Below are positions 48,442 to 59,761 of a stretch of 64,000 bases of DNA, piece by piece. Both the position numbers and the translations under genes were made by a program. The stretch is from an uncultured Chloroflexia bacterium. GTDB taxonomy: Bacteria > Chloroflexota > Anaerolineae > Anaerolineales > Anaerolineaceae. Each line of letters begins with the position of its first letter. The first letter of the stretch is position 1. The notes under the pieces were generated by a model. The model ran no database searches. It saw only the letters and a list, made by a program, of their open reading frames with translations, and was not told the origin of the DNA. The DNA lies in contig CAWAGA010000002.1 of assembly GCA_963781665.1 (NCBI GenBank), positions 5,126,138 through 5,190,137 of the forward strand, read 5' to 3'.

Positions 48442-49833
48442 CTAACGGAGCACTGCCGGTAAATAGATGAAATCAGGCTGCAGGAATGATCCCTGCATTT
48501 TGATCTGGATTGTCCCGGCGTTGGTGCTGAAGGAACTGGTATCGGAATATGCGCCGGGGGCCTGAGGTAGAAATTTATAATAGAAATGGCAGCTGGCGCC
48601 CGGCTGCAAGCCGCCCTGGACGTTGCAGTCTTGCGATGCCGTAAAGGGTGAGCTCACCCCACCTCCGGCCCACCCGGTGATGGTGGAGAGGCCGGTGTTG
48701 GTGATCGTTACCACCTGCTGCTTACCGGGGGCAAGGGGCACGGTGGGTCCAAAGTCCACCGACAAAGCGTCGGCGAAATAGGCCGGTGCTACCCCGCTGC
48801 CCTGCAGCTGGATGCTGAAACTGCCAAGACTATCCGCAGAGGTGGAAGTGGCCGAAAACGAACCGGCGCTGGTGGGGGAAAAGGTGAAATAATAATGGCA
48901 GCTGCTGCCCGGCGGCAGACCACCGGAAATATTACAATCCTGCGAGGCGTTGAAGGGAGCGCTGACCCCACCCCCCGCCCAGCCGGTGATATTTGAATTA
49001 CTTTCGTTGGTAATCGTTACCACCAATTTAGCCGAAGTATTGCCCACCCCGACCGGGCCGAAGTCCAACGAGTAGGGTGTCACCTGCTGATAGCTGCTGC
49101 CCAATATAAATCCGTACGATGCCCCCTCGAGGTCAACCACGATCGACCCGCCGTTCGTAGTGCTGGTCGAAGTGGCCGTATAGGTAGAATCAGCACCGGT
49201 AGAAAAGTTAAAATAATAATGGCAGCTGTGACCCGGTAAAACACCGCCGGGTATGTTGCAGTCCTGGGAGGCTGAAAACGGGCTGTTTACCCCTCCACCG
49301 GCCCAATCGGTCAGCGGAGCCAGGCCGGTATTGCGGATGGTCACCACCTGCTGCGGGGCCGACCCAATCACCCTGCCGTTGGCATACACTTCCCCAAAAT
49401 CCAGGGCATGGGCGTCGTACGTAGCGCTGGCGCCGACCCCGGTGCCGTGCACGATGATATTAATCGGTCCTGCATTGGTCGAGCTGCTAGAAGTCGCGCT
49501 GAACGTACCTGCGGCGGTTGGGCTGAAAGTGAAGAAGTAATGGCAGCTGTGTCCCGGCAGCACGCCGCCGGAAATGTTGCAATCCTGAGAGGCGGAAAAG
49601 GGCGAATTTACTCCGCCCCCTGCCCAGCCAGTCAGAGGGACGTTACCCGAATTGGTGATCGTAACCACCCTTTGGAGACTGGTAGCACCTACCGCCAGCG
49701 GGCCGAAGTCCATCTCAAGCGGGCTGAACCACAGGGCAGGTTGAGCCGCGGCCTGGGTGATGGGAGCTGGAACAGCCATTTGTACAAAAATTACAAGCAA
49801 AACTGATATGACCGGGAGAACGCGTTTCTTCAT
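48442..49833 (-). CDS. Secreted protein with four tandem choice-of-anchor-D-like (HYDIN/ASH-type) domains
   Basis: Signal peptide MKKRVLPVISVLLVIFVQMAVPAPITQA. Four ~100-aa repeats each carry LDFG..VVTITN.G...ITGWAGGGV.SPF.ASQDCN..GGL.PG.SCH.YF.F.P. The repeat is also visible at the DNA level. Confidence 0.7.
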   Translation of the reverse strand: MKKRVLPVISVLLVIFVQMAVPAPITQAAAQPALWFSPLEMDFGPLAVGATSLQRVVTITNSGNVPLTGWAGGGVNSPFSASQDCNISGGVLPGHSCHYFFTFSPTAAGTFSATSSSSTNAGPINIIVHGTGVGASATYDAHALDFGEVYANGRVIGSAPQQVVTIRNTGLAPLTDWAGGGVNSPFSASQDCNIPGGVLPGHSCHYYFNFSTGADSTYTATSTSTTNGGSIVVDLEGASYGFILGSSYQQVTPYSLDFGPVGVGNTSAKLVVTITNESNSNITGWAGGGVSAPFNASQDCNISGGLPPGSSCHYYFTFSPTSAGSFSATSTSADSLGSFSIQLQGSGVAPAYFADALSVDFGPTVPLAPGKQQVVTITNTGLSTITGWAGGGVSSPFTASQDCNVQGGLQPGASCHFYYKFLPQAPGAYSDTSSFSTNAGTIQIKMQGSFLQPDFIYLPAVLR

Positions 49834-50127
49834 TTCGAAAATTCCCCTAGTAAATTTAATGGTATTTGTTGACATAGTTTACCACATTAGTATTAATTTA
49901 ATTTTAGAAACTAAGGGATTTTTAATAATATTCAGCGAAAAGAATATCTACAAAGGCACAACTCGATGACCCAACCAGCGGCTTCGATCAGTTTCAGGTT
50001 GGGTGCGGCAACGACATCCGGGCTTCCGGACGCCACCAGGCGCGGCAGCCTGTCCAATCAGCGGGCGGAAGCGAGCCAGGTGACCACGCGCCTGGCAATT
50101 GCTTTTCTCCTGCCTACGCAGCCCCAA

Positions 50128-51136
50128 TCACGCCTTCCCCCAATACCAGTCCAAGACCCGCAAGGCGCGCAAGGTGATCCAGCGGCTGGGCCGGCCCTCG
50201 CCCGCGTCAATCTCGACCGGCATGACTCCGGGGTAGCGCACCTCGAGCGGCCAGCGGCCTTGGTCGTCGCGCTTCGATTCGACCAGCTCCATTGCCTCGG
50301 CCAGAACACTCGTCGGGCGCGACGCCGGCCCGGCGCAGGTAATCGAGTCCCCGCAGCACATCGTAGTGCCACCAGGTCGGGAAGGCGAAGCTAGTCCAGG
50401 CCGGTTGGCCGCCCCCACTGCCGGGGCCAACCTTGCGGTCGTAAGGAATGAGCTTCCCGGTCGACTGCCGGCGCAAGAGGCGGCGCTCGAGCAGGTACTC
50501 CTGACCACGCAGGCGGGCTGCGGTTACCTCCGGGCTGTTCCCTGCGTTCAGCTCGTGCTCGAGCAAGGCTTCGAGCACGCAGATTGTGGTGTTAAAGGAT
50601 GAGCGGGTCGAGCCGTTCTCGGCCTCGCAGTTCCAGCCGCCATCGGGCAGCTGCTCGGCCAGCAGCCGGGCGACGATGCCGCCCACGTCCTGTCCGAAGT
50701 ACGCCCCGGCCGCGGCCACCTGCCCATTGATGCAGGGCTCCAGCTCACCGGCGAAGAAGGGATTGTCGTCGCACTCCGGCGGGCCGCTGCCTTTCCAGGT
50801 CACGCGCTCCCGGACCAGGTCCAGGGCACGCCGTGCCGGGTCCCCGGCCGGGTCGAGACCCAACTCCCGCAGCAGCATCAGGGCGTGCATGGTGGAATTC
50901 CAACCCCGGTTCCAGGCCGCACCGCTCCAGCGCCCATCACCCCCCTGGAGAGCCAGCAGCTGAGCGCCCATGCCATCCGTGGCGACCCGCGCCCGTTCGG
51001 CTGCAACCTCCCTGGCTGTTGCACCGGTCAGGTCGCGCAGGACCTGCCAGCGGATGGCCGGGTCCGAATCGAGCAGCCAATCGATGATCGGGCTGCCCGG
51101 CTGCGGGGTTTGTCTTTCAGAGGGATCGGTTGGCAT
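50128..51136 (-). pseudogene. GC-rich alpha/alpha-toroid (prenyltransferase/terpene-cyclase-like repeat) protein, one frameshift
   Basis: ATG 51136 has AGGAG upstream. MPTDPSERQ..IIDWLLDSDPAIRWQVLRDL...QGGDGRWSG...QLPDGGWNCE. The track ORFs 50207..51211 and 50128..50508 join near 50310-50335 (..LDYLRRAGVAP/..VLAEAMELVESKRDDQGRWPLE..). The repeated DG(R/G)W motifs suggest a toroid repeat fold, but the family call is tentative. Confidence 0.5.
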
Positions 51137-51443
51137 TGGCGAAATCTCCTGAAATGTTGATATCGGCGCGAATGCGATGATCGCGGTCAATAAACATCCA
51201 TATTTCATCATAATTATAAGTATTTTGTTGTAAAGATCAAATAGCCACTGCCTGGTTATAAAAATAGAAAAACCCGGCTGAAACTGTACTGTGGAATCCA
51301 GTACATCGATCAGTACACCGGTCCTTTGTCTTCAGAACCCCTGCCTTGCTATACTGGCCTCAACAACTTCACTCCTGGCGCAGCGCTTATTGTTTTTAGG
51401 TGATGGCCCCAGGAAAAAAAACAAAATTAATGGAGAGGTAATC

Positions 51444-52172
51444 ATGTTAAAAATCTGGAATGCAGCTAATTTTCGGAGGACAGTGACCGCGATTAGCCTG
51501 GTTATCGCACCGGTTTTATTTGCCGCAACCGAGTTTTTATCTGCCCCAGGCACAGACTCCAATGATCCAATGGACCTGCTTACCCAGATGGCCCAACATC
51601 ACAACCAGCTGCTCCAGGGTGCAGTCATCGGGAGCATAACCGCCATTCTATTCATTCCGGCGCTGATGGGATTGATTCATGTCCTCAGCGGGCGGGGCAT
51701 CGTGCTGGGTCACCTCGGAGGTGGGTTGGCTTTGCTGGGGAATGCCATTGTCCTGATCTTGAATGGTGCCAATTTCGGCTTATGGGCCATGACTGCGCCG
51801 GGCATCGATCTCACGACCATGGTTCCGGCGGTCAATGCAATGAGCGCCAGCCCCATCCTGAACGCACTTTTCATGAGCCACTGGTTCTTCGCCCTGGGTT
51901 TCATCCTGCTGGGTATCGGGCTCTGGCAGTCGCGTGCTGTTCCCCGCTTCAGCGGAGTCTTCATTGTTCTGGCCGTGTTGGTGGATTTCATCTTTGGCAC
52001 AATCTTTGGCGATGCGATCTTGGTGAGCATCCTTTCGAATGCACTGATGATCATTGGATTTGGTGGGGTCGCATGGAGCCTGCTTGCCACCAGTGATACC
52101 TTATGGGAAAAAATGGTATCGTCTGAAGGAGAGCAACCCATGACACATAAAACCGCAGTGGAAGCGGTATGA
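51444..52172 (+). CDS. Polytopic membrane protein (unknown family)
   Basis: GGAGAGG lies 6 nt before ATG 51444. There are 6 hydrophobic segments. The upstream part of track ORF 51291.. is unlikely to be coding. Confidence 0.5.
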   Translation: MLKIWNAANFRRTVTAISLVIAPVLFAATEFLSAPGTDSNDPMDLLTQMAQHHNQLLQGAVIGSITAILFIPALMGLIHVLSGRGIVLGHLGGGLALLGNAIVLILNGANFGLWAMTAPGIDLTTMVPAVNAMSASPILNALFMSHWFFALGFILLGIGLWQSRAVPRFSGVFIVLAVLVDFIFGTIFGDAILVSILSNALMIIGFGGVAWSLLATSDTLWEKMVSSEGEQPMTHKTAVEAV

Positions 52173-52372
52173 AACTGAAGTAAAAAAGGCTTGAACCAGT
52201 CGAATCACTTACTTGAATATTATCGAACGGCTGACCCACTTCATTGATTGTGGTTGACCCCGGGAAACGGGAGTTAATCACAATCAATGTAAAAAATCCA
52301 CATTAAACCATATTCACAAATATAGACAAAAATTATATAATAAGTACAGGATTGCGGTATCGGGGTATTAAA

Positions 52373-54541
52373 ATGCACAGCAGCACAAGAAATTTACAAC
52401 AGAGATCAGCTCAGACCATCCGGGTTCTCCTTCGAAAATACGCTTTGGAGGCAGCCAGGCTGCTGTGGCTCGGGGTAACGATCGCAGGTCTATCTGCATT
52501 CCTTTTTGCGCTGCCCGGCATCACGGACCCCTATTTGCAGCCCGATCCAAGCGTGCTTGCGACCTTGAACCACCTTGGCATCTCGCTTTCGCTATACAGC
52601 ATCCTCAACCTGGGATCAGGTCTCTTGTTTGTAATCGTTTTTTTCACCGTGTCCGGGCTTATCTTTGTGCGCAAGTCAACCGATTGGATGGCGCTGTTGA
52701 TGGCCTTCTTCCTGGTCGGGTTTGGCTTTTCTTCCCCGGTTATCGGCGCAACGACAACTGACCTGCCCCCAATGGTCTCAGGCTTTGTCACAGTTATCAA
52801 TACCTCCGTCTGGTTTTCACTCAACGCGTTATTTTACTTATTTCCCGACGGGCACTTTTCACCCCGTTGGAGCTGGATCCCCCTGACTTTACTGGCTGTG
52901 GTGATGGTGTTCATCAGCCTTCCCGCCAGCATCCCTTTCTCATTCAACAATTTGCCCGGTTGGATGATTGGGATTCTGATGATCGCCGGTTGGGCAATGG
53001 CAATTTATGCCCAGGTTTACCGCTACCGCAAGGTGTCAGGTTTCTCCCAACGCCAGCAGACCAAATGGGTGGTCTACGGCTTGGTGATGAGCATCCTGGC
53101 TGGCCTGGTTTTAAGCCTGCCCGGGATCATCCAACCTTCACTCAATGCTTCTAACACTCTCTATGGCCTGCTGGACAACGGACCTATCCCTGGCCTGTTG
53201 AACCTGTTCATCCCCATATCCGTCGGGATTGCGGTACTGCGCTACCGGCTGTGGGATATTGACCCGATCATCAATCGCACGTTGGTCTACGGCCTGCTCA
53301 CCGCTCTGATCGTTGGGATCTACGTCGCCACAGTCAGCGGACTTGGCCTGGTCTTTGAACAGCACGCCAGCGGCCTGGTACCGGTTTTCGCCACAGCTTT
53401 AGTTGCCGTTCTCTTCCAGCCCATACGCGAGGGATTGCAGCGCTCGATCAACCATCTGATGTATGGTGAGCGTGACGATCCATATCGCGTATTAACGAAA
53501 CTCGGCCAGCGCCTTGAAACTGCTTTGAGGGCAGAAAACATGCTGCCCGGGATTGTCGAAACAGTTGCCCATTCGCTCAAACTACCCAGAGTTGCGCTTA
53601 CGTTCAAGGACAAGCAGGGAGATTTCCAAATAGCTGCAGTTTTTCCAACGGATGGTGTTCCGAGCCGCATCCCGGACCAAGCGGATTGCCTGATCCTGCC
53701 CCTGACCTTTCAGCAAGAGACGATTGGCCAGCTGGTTCTCGAGCCGCGAGATCCCGATGAACGCTTTTCTCCCCAAGATCAAAAATTGCTCGCAGACCTG
53801 GCAAAACAGATTGGAATTGCAGTCCACTCCATTCGCTTGACGGATGAATTACGCCACCTGAATATCGATTTGCAGCAATCTCGTGAGCGGTTGGTTCTGG
53901 CTCGTGAGGAAGAGCGCCGGCGGATTCGCCGCGATCTTCATGATGGACTCGGCCCAACCCTGGCTGCTCTGGCGCTGTCTGCCGGTTCGATGGCTGACCT
54001 GGCTGCCACCCGGCCAATGACTGCTGCACACCTGGCGCAAGAAATGCAGCAGGAAATTCGCGCCTCGATTGCCGACATCCGCCAGCTGGTCTACGAGTTG
54101 CGTCCTCCTGCACTGGATGAGTTGGGGCTGGTCGCTGCCATTCGCGATCGGGTAGCTCAGATTGCAGCCCATATCGAGGAGGGCAAATTGGGGTCTGGAG
54201 ACGGATTGGACATCCAGGTGGATGCGCCTGATTCGTTGACTGCTTTACCCGCTGCGGTTGAAGTAGCCGCATACCGCATCGTCCTCGAAGCCCTCACCAA
54301 TGTCGTCCGGCATGCCCAGGCGCACCACTGCACCATTAGCGTCTACCGCAGCCAGCAGGCATTAGAAATTGTAGTGCGCGATGATGGGATTGGCATATCT
54401 GCAAACGGCAACAGTGGCGTGGGTCTTTTTTCGATGCGCGAGCGGGCCAACGAGCTGGGTGGTACCTTCACGATTACCCCACTGCCCGAAGGAGGGACCC
54501 AGGTACAGGCCAGCTTACCAATTGCGGACAAGGATCAATAA
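52373..54541 (+). CDS. NarL-class sensor histidine kinase with large N-terminal multi-TM sensor region
   Basis: About 9 TM segments, a GAF-like linker, HisKA_3 (EERRRIRRDLHDGLGPTLAAL) and HATPase_c (EALTNVVRHAQA, VRDDGIG, GVGLFSMRERANELGG). Confidence 0.85.
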   Translation: MHSSTRNLQQRSAQTIRVLLRKYALEAARLLWLGVTIAGLSAFLFALPGITDPYLQPDPSVLATLNHLGISLSLYSILNLGSGLLFVIVFFTVSGLIFVRKSTDWMALLMAFFLVGFGFSSPVIGATTTDLPPMVSGFVTVINTSVWFSLNALFYLFPDGHFSPRWSWIPLTLLAVVMVFISLPASIPFSFNNLPGWMIGILMIAGWAMAIYAQVYRYRKVSGFSQRQQTKWVVYGLVMSILAGLVLSLPGIIQPSLNASNTLYGLLDNGPIPGLLNLFIPISVGIAVLRYRLWDIDPIINRTLVYGLLTALIVGIYVATVSGLGLVFEQHASGLVPVFATALVAVLFQPIREGLQRSINHLMYGERDDPYRVLTKLGQRLETALRAENMLPGIVETVAHSLKLPRVALTFKDKQGDFQIAAVFPTDGVPSRIPDQADCLILPLTFQQETIGQLVLEPRDPDERFSPQDQKLLADLAKQIGIAVHSIRLTDELRHLNIDLQQSRERLVLAREEERRRIRRDLHDGLGPTLAALALSAGSMADLAATRPMTAAHLAQEMQQEIRASIADIRQLVYELRPPALDELGLVAAIRDRVAQIAAHIEEGKLGSGDGLDIQVDAPDSLTALPAAVEVAAYRIVLEALTNVVRHAQAHHCTISVYRSQQALEIVVRDDGIGISANGNSGVGLFSMRERANELGGTFTITPLPEGGTQVQASLPIADKDQ

Positions 54542-54544
54542 GCG

Positions 54545-55189
54545 ATGCAAAAGAAAAGGATTCTGATTGCTGACGATCATCCTCTCTTCAGGCACGGCAT
54601 CCGGGCACTCCTGGAGTCAACGCCAGATTTTTACGTCTGTGGTGAGGCAACCACCGGAGAAGAAGTTGTCACCCTGGCCAAGCAGCTCCAGCCCGAGGTG
54701 ATCTTGATGGATATTCATATGCCCGGTCTCAACGGCATCGAGGCTACCCGGCGCATCCTCGCTGAATCAACAGACCTGAATATTTTAATCGTTACCATGT
54801 TCGAAGATGATGCATCGGTATTTTCTGCTATGCGCGCCGGTGCACGTGGGTATGTATTGAAAGACGCTCAAAAAGAGGAATTGCTGCGCGCAGTTCGGGC
54901 AGTCGGTTCCGGGGAAGCTATTTTCAGTCCGTCGATTGCCAGGCGAATGATTGCCTTTTTTAACGAACCCCGTCCAGTTTCGCGTTCATCCGTTTTCCCC
55001 GAATTGACAGATCGTGAGCGTGAAATCCTCAGCCTGATCGCCCAGGGATTGAGCAATGCGCAAATCATGAACAAACTGATACTCTCCTCCAGCACTGTCC
55101 GCAATTATGTGTCCAGCATTTTCAGCAAGCTGCAGGTAGCCGGCCGGGCTCAGGCGATAGTCAAAGCCAGGGACGCCGGCTTGGGTTAA
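54545..55189 (+). CDS. NarL/FixJ-family response regulator (REC + LuxR HTH)
   Basis: ILIADDHPLFRHG. DIHMPGLNGIEA. LTDREREILSLIAQGLSNAQIMNKLILSSSTVRNYVSSIFSKLQV. Confidence 0.9.
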   Translation: MQKKRILIADDHPLFRHGIRALLESTPDFYVCGEATTGEEVVTLAKQLQPEVILMDIHMPGLNGIEATRRILAESTDLNILIVTMFEDDASVFSAMRAGARGYVLKDAQKEELLRAVRAVGSGEAIFSPSIARRMIAFFNEPRPVSRSSVFPELTDREREILSLIAQGLSNAQIMNKLILSSSTVRNYVSSIFSKLQVAGRAQAIVKARDAGLG

Positions 55190-55208
55190 CCGGACCTGTA
55201 AGCTGGCT

Positions 55209-57752
<2,544 letters not shown>

Positions 57753-58018
57753 TTAACCTCCAGGAAAAAGGATTGGTACGGATGGAGGAATCACAATATA
57801 TTCTATATTAATTGTACAATCCTGGTGTGAAAGGCTATAGACCCCAACTGGTTAGTTTCACAATTTGGGCTGTCGATTAATCTCGAACGTGGTTTAGGGA
57901 GCGCTATGTAGCTCGTGGTTCTGGCGGGGATTGGGCTTTCCTGGCCAAGATTCTTGTTTGGGTAGCAGGGAAAGCCTAACCCTCCCCGACCCTCCCTTCC
58001 CGCAACAGGAAGGGAGGG

Positions 58019-58053
58019 AAAAACCCTGAAGGCCTGAGAGACCTTCAGGGTTT
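58019..58053 (-). terminator. Rho-independent terminator of the GNAT gene (minus strand), followed by a second perfect hairpin at 57990-58018
   Basis: A 12-bp stem, AAACCCTGAAGG (58021-32) with CCTTCAGGGTTT (58042-53). On the minus strand the GC-rich stem is followed by TTTTT. The adjacent hairpin is CCCTCCCTTCC (57990-58000) with GGAAGGGAGGG (58008-18). Confidence 0.6.
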
Positions 58054-58223
58054 GGGATTCCACAGAATCGTTCACTATCAATACATTTCTAATGTTGTCG
58101 TAATGTTACTTCTTCCATCGATTCGTTTCCGGAAAATTCGGACGAGTCCCGAGACACGTACTCAAAACAATCACGCTTCCCCCTGGGCCTTACACCATAA
58201 ACCTTTCACCTTATCCTTTTTTT

Positions 58224-58958
58224 TTACCCCTTTACGCGGTACCAGTATTGGTAAGCTTCATGATATCCCAATTTCTGGTATAAGCTCAACGCCGGGGAAT
58301 TGTCAAGCATTACCTGAAGGTAAGCCGAATGCGCGCCGCCAGATTTACCCCAGGCCATCAGGCCACGCATCAAAGCTTCACCGTATCCCTGTCCACGCTG
58401 CTCGTGATCGATGACAATATCGAAGATTCCCAGGTAAGTGCCCTGTAAAACACCCAGCCCGCATCCGATGATCTGTCCACGCTTGCGGATCGAAACGAAA
58501 GCCTTGGTTGGGATGATAGAAAGAAGCATGCGCTGATGGATTTTACGCTGGTTGTTTTCGAGCAGGTGGATTCTACTGAAGACCTCCTCCCATTTCGGGT
58601 CCAGCTCTGCATTTATCTCAATTGCACCAATTTCCCCGGTCTTAAAATCGCCTAAGTCGGCGACCTGAACGCTGGTATAGGCTTCATCCTGGTAGCCCTC
58701 GTCCCTAAGAAAGGTATCGAGCTGGCGCGATTCATCCTGGCCAGCCAGCTTGAAGATGACCGGCAGGTGATTCTGGCGGTAGAGCAATTCGCAGAATGCA
58801 ATTTTTTGGGCCGGATCAATTCGAGAGGGGTAAATCGGGTTGATCGAGTTCGACCGGCGGGTATACCCCTGGGCGAAGCGTAAAATCCATCCGTCGTAAA
58901 AAACCGTCTGCAGCGACGGCCAGGCATTTAACGATAGCTCTTCAATATTTTGCAGCAT
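58224..58958 (-). CDS. GNAT-family N-acetyltransferase
   Basis: 244 aa. The C-terminal acetyl-CoA site is IVIDHEQRGQGYGEALMRGLMAW...YLQVMLDNSPALSLYQKLGY. Confidence 0.8.
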   Translation of the reverse strand: MLQNIEELSLNAWPSLQTVFYDGWILRFAQGYTRRSNSINPIYPSRIDPAQKIAFCELLYRQNHLPVIFKLAGQDESRQLDTFLRDEGYQDEAYTSVQVADLGDFKTGEIGAIEINAELDPKWEEVFSRIHLLENNQRKIHQRMLLSIIPTKAFVSIRKRGQIIGCGLGVLQGTYLGIFDIVIDHEQRGQGYGEALMRGLMAWGKSGGAHSAYLQVMLDNSPALSLYQKLGYHEAYQYWYRVKG

Positions 58959-59004
58959 GACCGTAATTATATCCGCCTATATTTAAAACGATCCCCAAAA
59001 TGTC

Positions 59005-59032
59005 TTGACAAATTTATATTTATGATTAAAAT
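59005..59032 (+). promoter_or_regulatory. Candidate sigma-70-type promoter for the ArsR-MFS operon
   Basis: TTGACA (59005-10), a 16-nt spacer, then TAAAAT (59027-32), about 37 nt upstream of ATG 59069. Confidence 0.4.
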
Positions 59033-59068
59033 ATTTACATCGTTCAAATTAATTTTAACAATAAAGAA

Positions 59069-59758
59069 ATGGTGAATGAAATTATGGCGAGTTTAAAGAA
59101 AAACGATCGGCCTGATGAGCCTGTCCCCGGAGAAGGTTTCAAACCGGCAGAAACACTGTTGATTACCACCCTCGACCAATTGAAAGCAATCGGCGACCCG
59201 CTCCGCATGAATATCCTCGAAGCCATCGCAAAAGAAGCACTCAACGTCAAACAAATTGCCAGCCGCCTGGGTGTCCCACCTACCCGGTTATACTATCACG
59301 TCACCACCCTCGAGGAAAATGGATTTGTCACGGTCGTCGATACCCGCGTTAAATCAGGCATCATTGAAAAGTTCTACCGTATGGCAGCAGAAAATATTCA
59401 AGTCGACCGCAAGCTGCTTTTAACATCTGCGCCTTCAGAGCAAGCGTTCGAAAATCTTATGACGCTTATCCTGGATTCAACCCGGAAGGGACTGGCTGAA
59501 AGCTACAAGTCCGGTTTATTCGATCTACCAGAAGTCGAAACCCAAAAATCGGAAAACCTCATTCTGTCCCATCTGGTACTGAGCCTGCCCAGAAGAAATG
59601 TTCCCAAATTTATCGACCGCTTAAAGGAATTGATCAAAGATCTGAACACCGAAGTAGAAGACGACGACCCGGTCAATTATGGTTTCACAATTGCATTTTA
59701 TCCCCACTCACCCCTGACGGGAAAAAGCAAATTGCGCGGCAAGCAAGAGAAAAAATAG
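59069..59758 (+). CDS. ArsR-family winged-helix transcriptional regulator with C-terminal extension
   Basis: LDQLKAIGDPLRMNILEAIAKEALNVKQIASRLGVPPTRLYYHVTTLEENGFV is an ArsR-type HTH. It is translationally coupled to the MFS gene (3-nt gap). Confidence 0.75.
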   Translation: MVNEIMASLKKNDRPDEPVPGEGFKPAETLLITTLDQLKAIGDPLRMNILEAIAKEALNVKQIASRLGVPPTRLYYHVTTLEENGFVTVVDTRVKSGIIEKFYRMAAENIQVDRKLLLTSAPSEQAFENLMTLILDSTRKGLAESYKSGLFDLPEVETQKSENLILSHLVLSLPRRNVPKFIDRLKELIKDLNTEVEDDDPVNYGFTIAFYPHSPLTGKSKLRGKQEKK

Positions 59759-59761
59759 AAA

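Noticed and set aside
48442-49833. Possible CRISPR-like or other non-coding tandem repeat, because of the ~290-bp DNA periodicity.
   Set aside because: The period equals the ~100-aa protein domain repeat of a continuous 463-codon ORF with a signal peptide. It has no short direct repeats with unique spacers.
57895-57950. tRNA-like start: GGGAGCGCTATGTAGCTCGTGGTT.
   Set aside because: No D-stem complementarity, no GTTCGAATC-type T-loop and no acceptor pairing can be drawn. It is treated as intergenic sequence.
57803-58081. 92-aa minus-strand ORF between uvrA2 and the GNAT gene.
   Set aside because: It spans the two perfect hairpins/terminator of the GNAT gene and has no RBS or recognisable features. 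It is likely non-coding.
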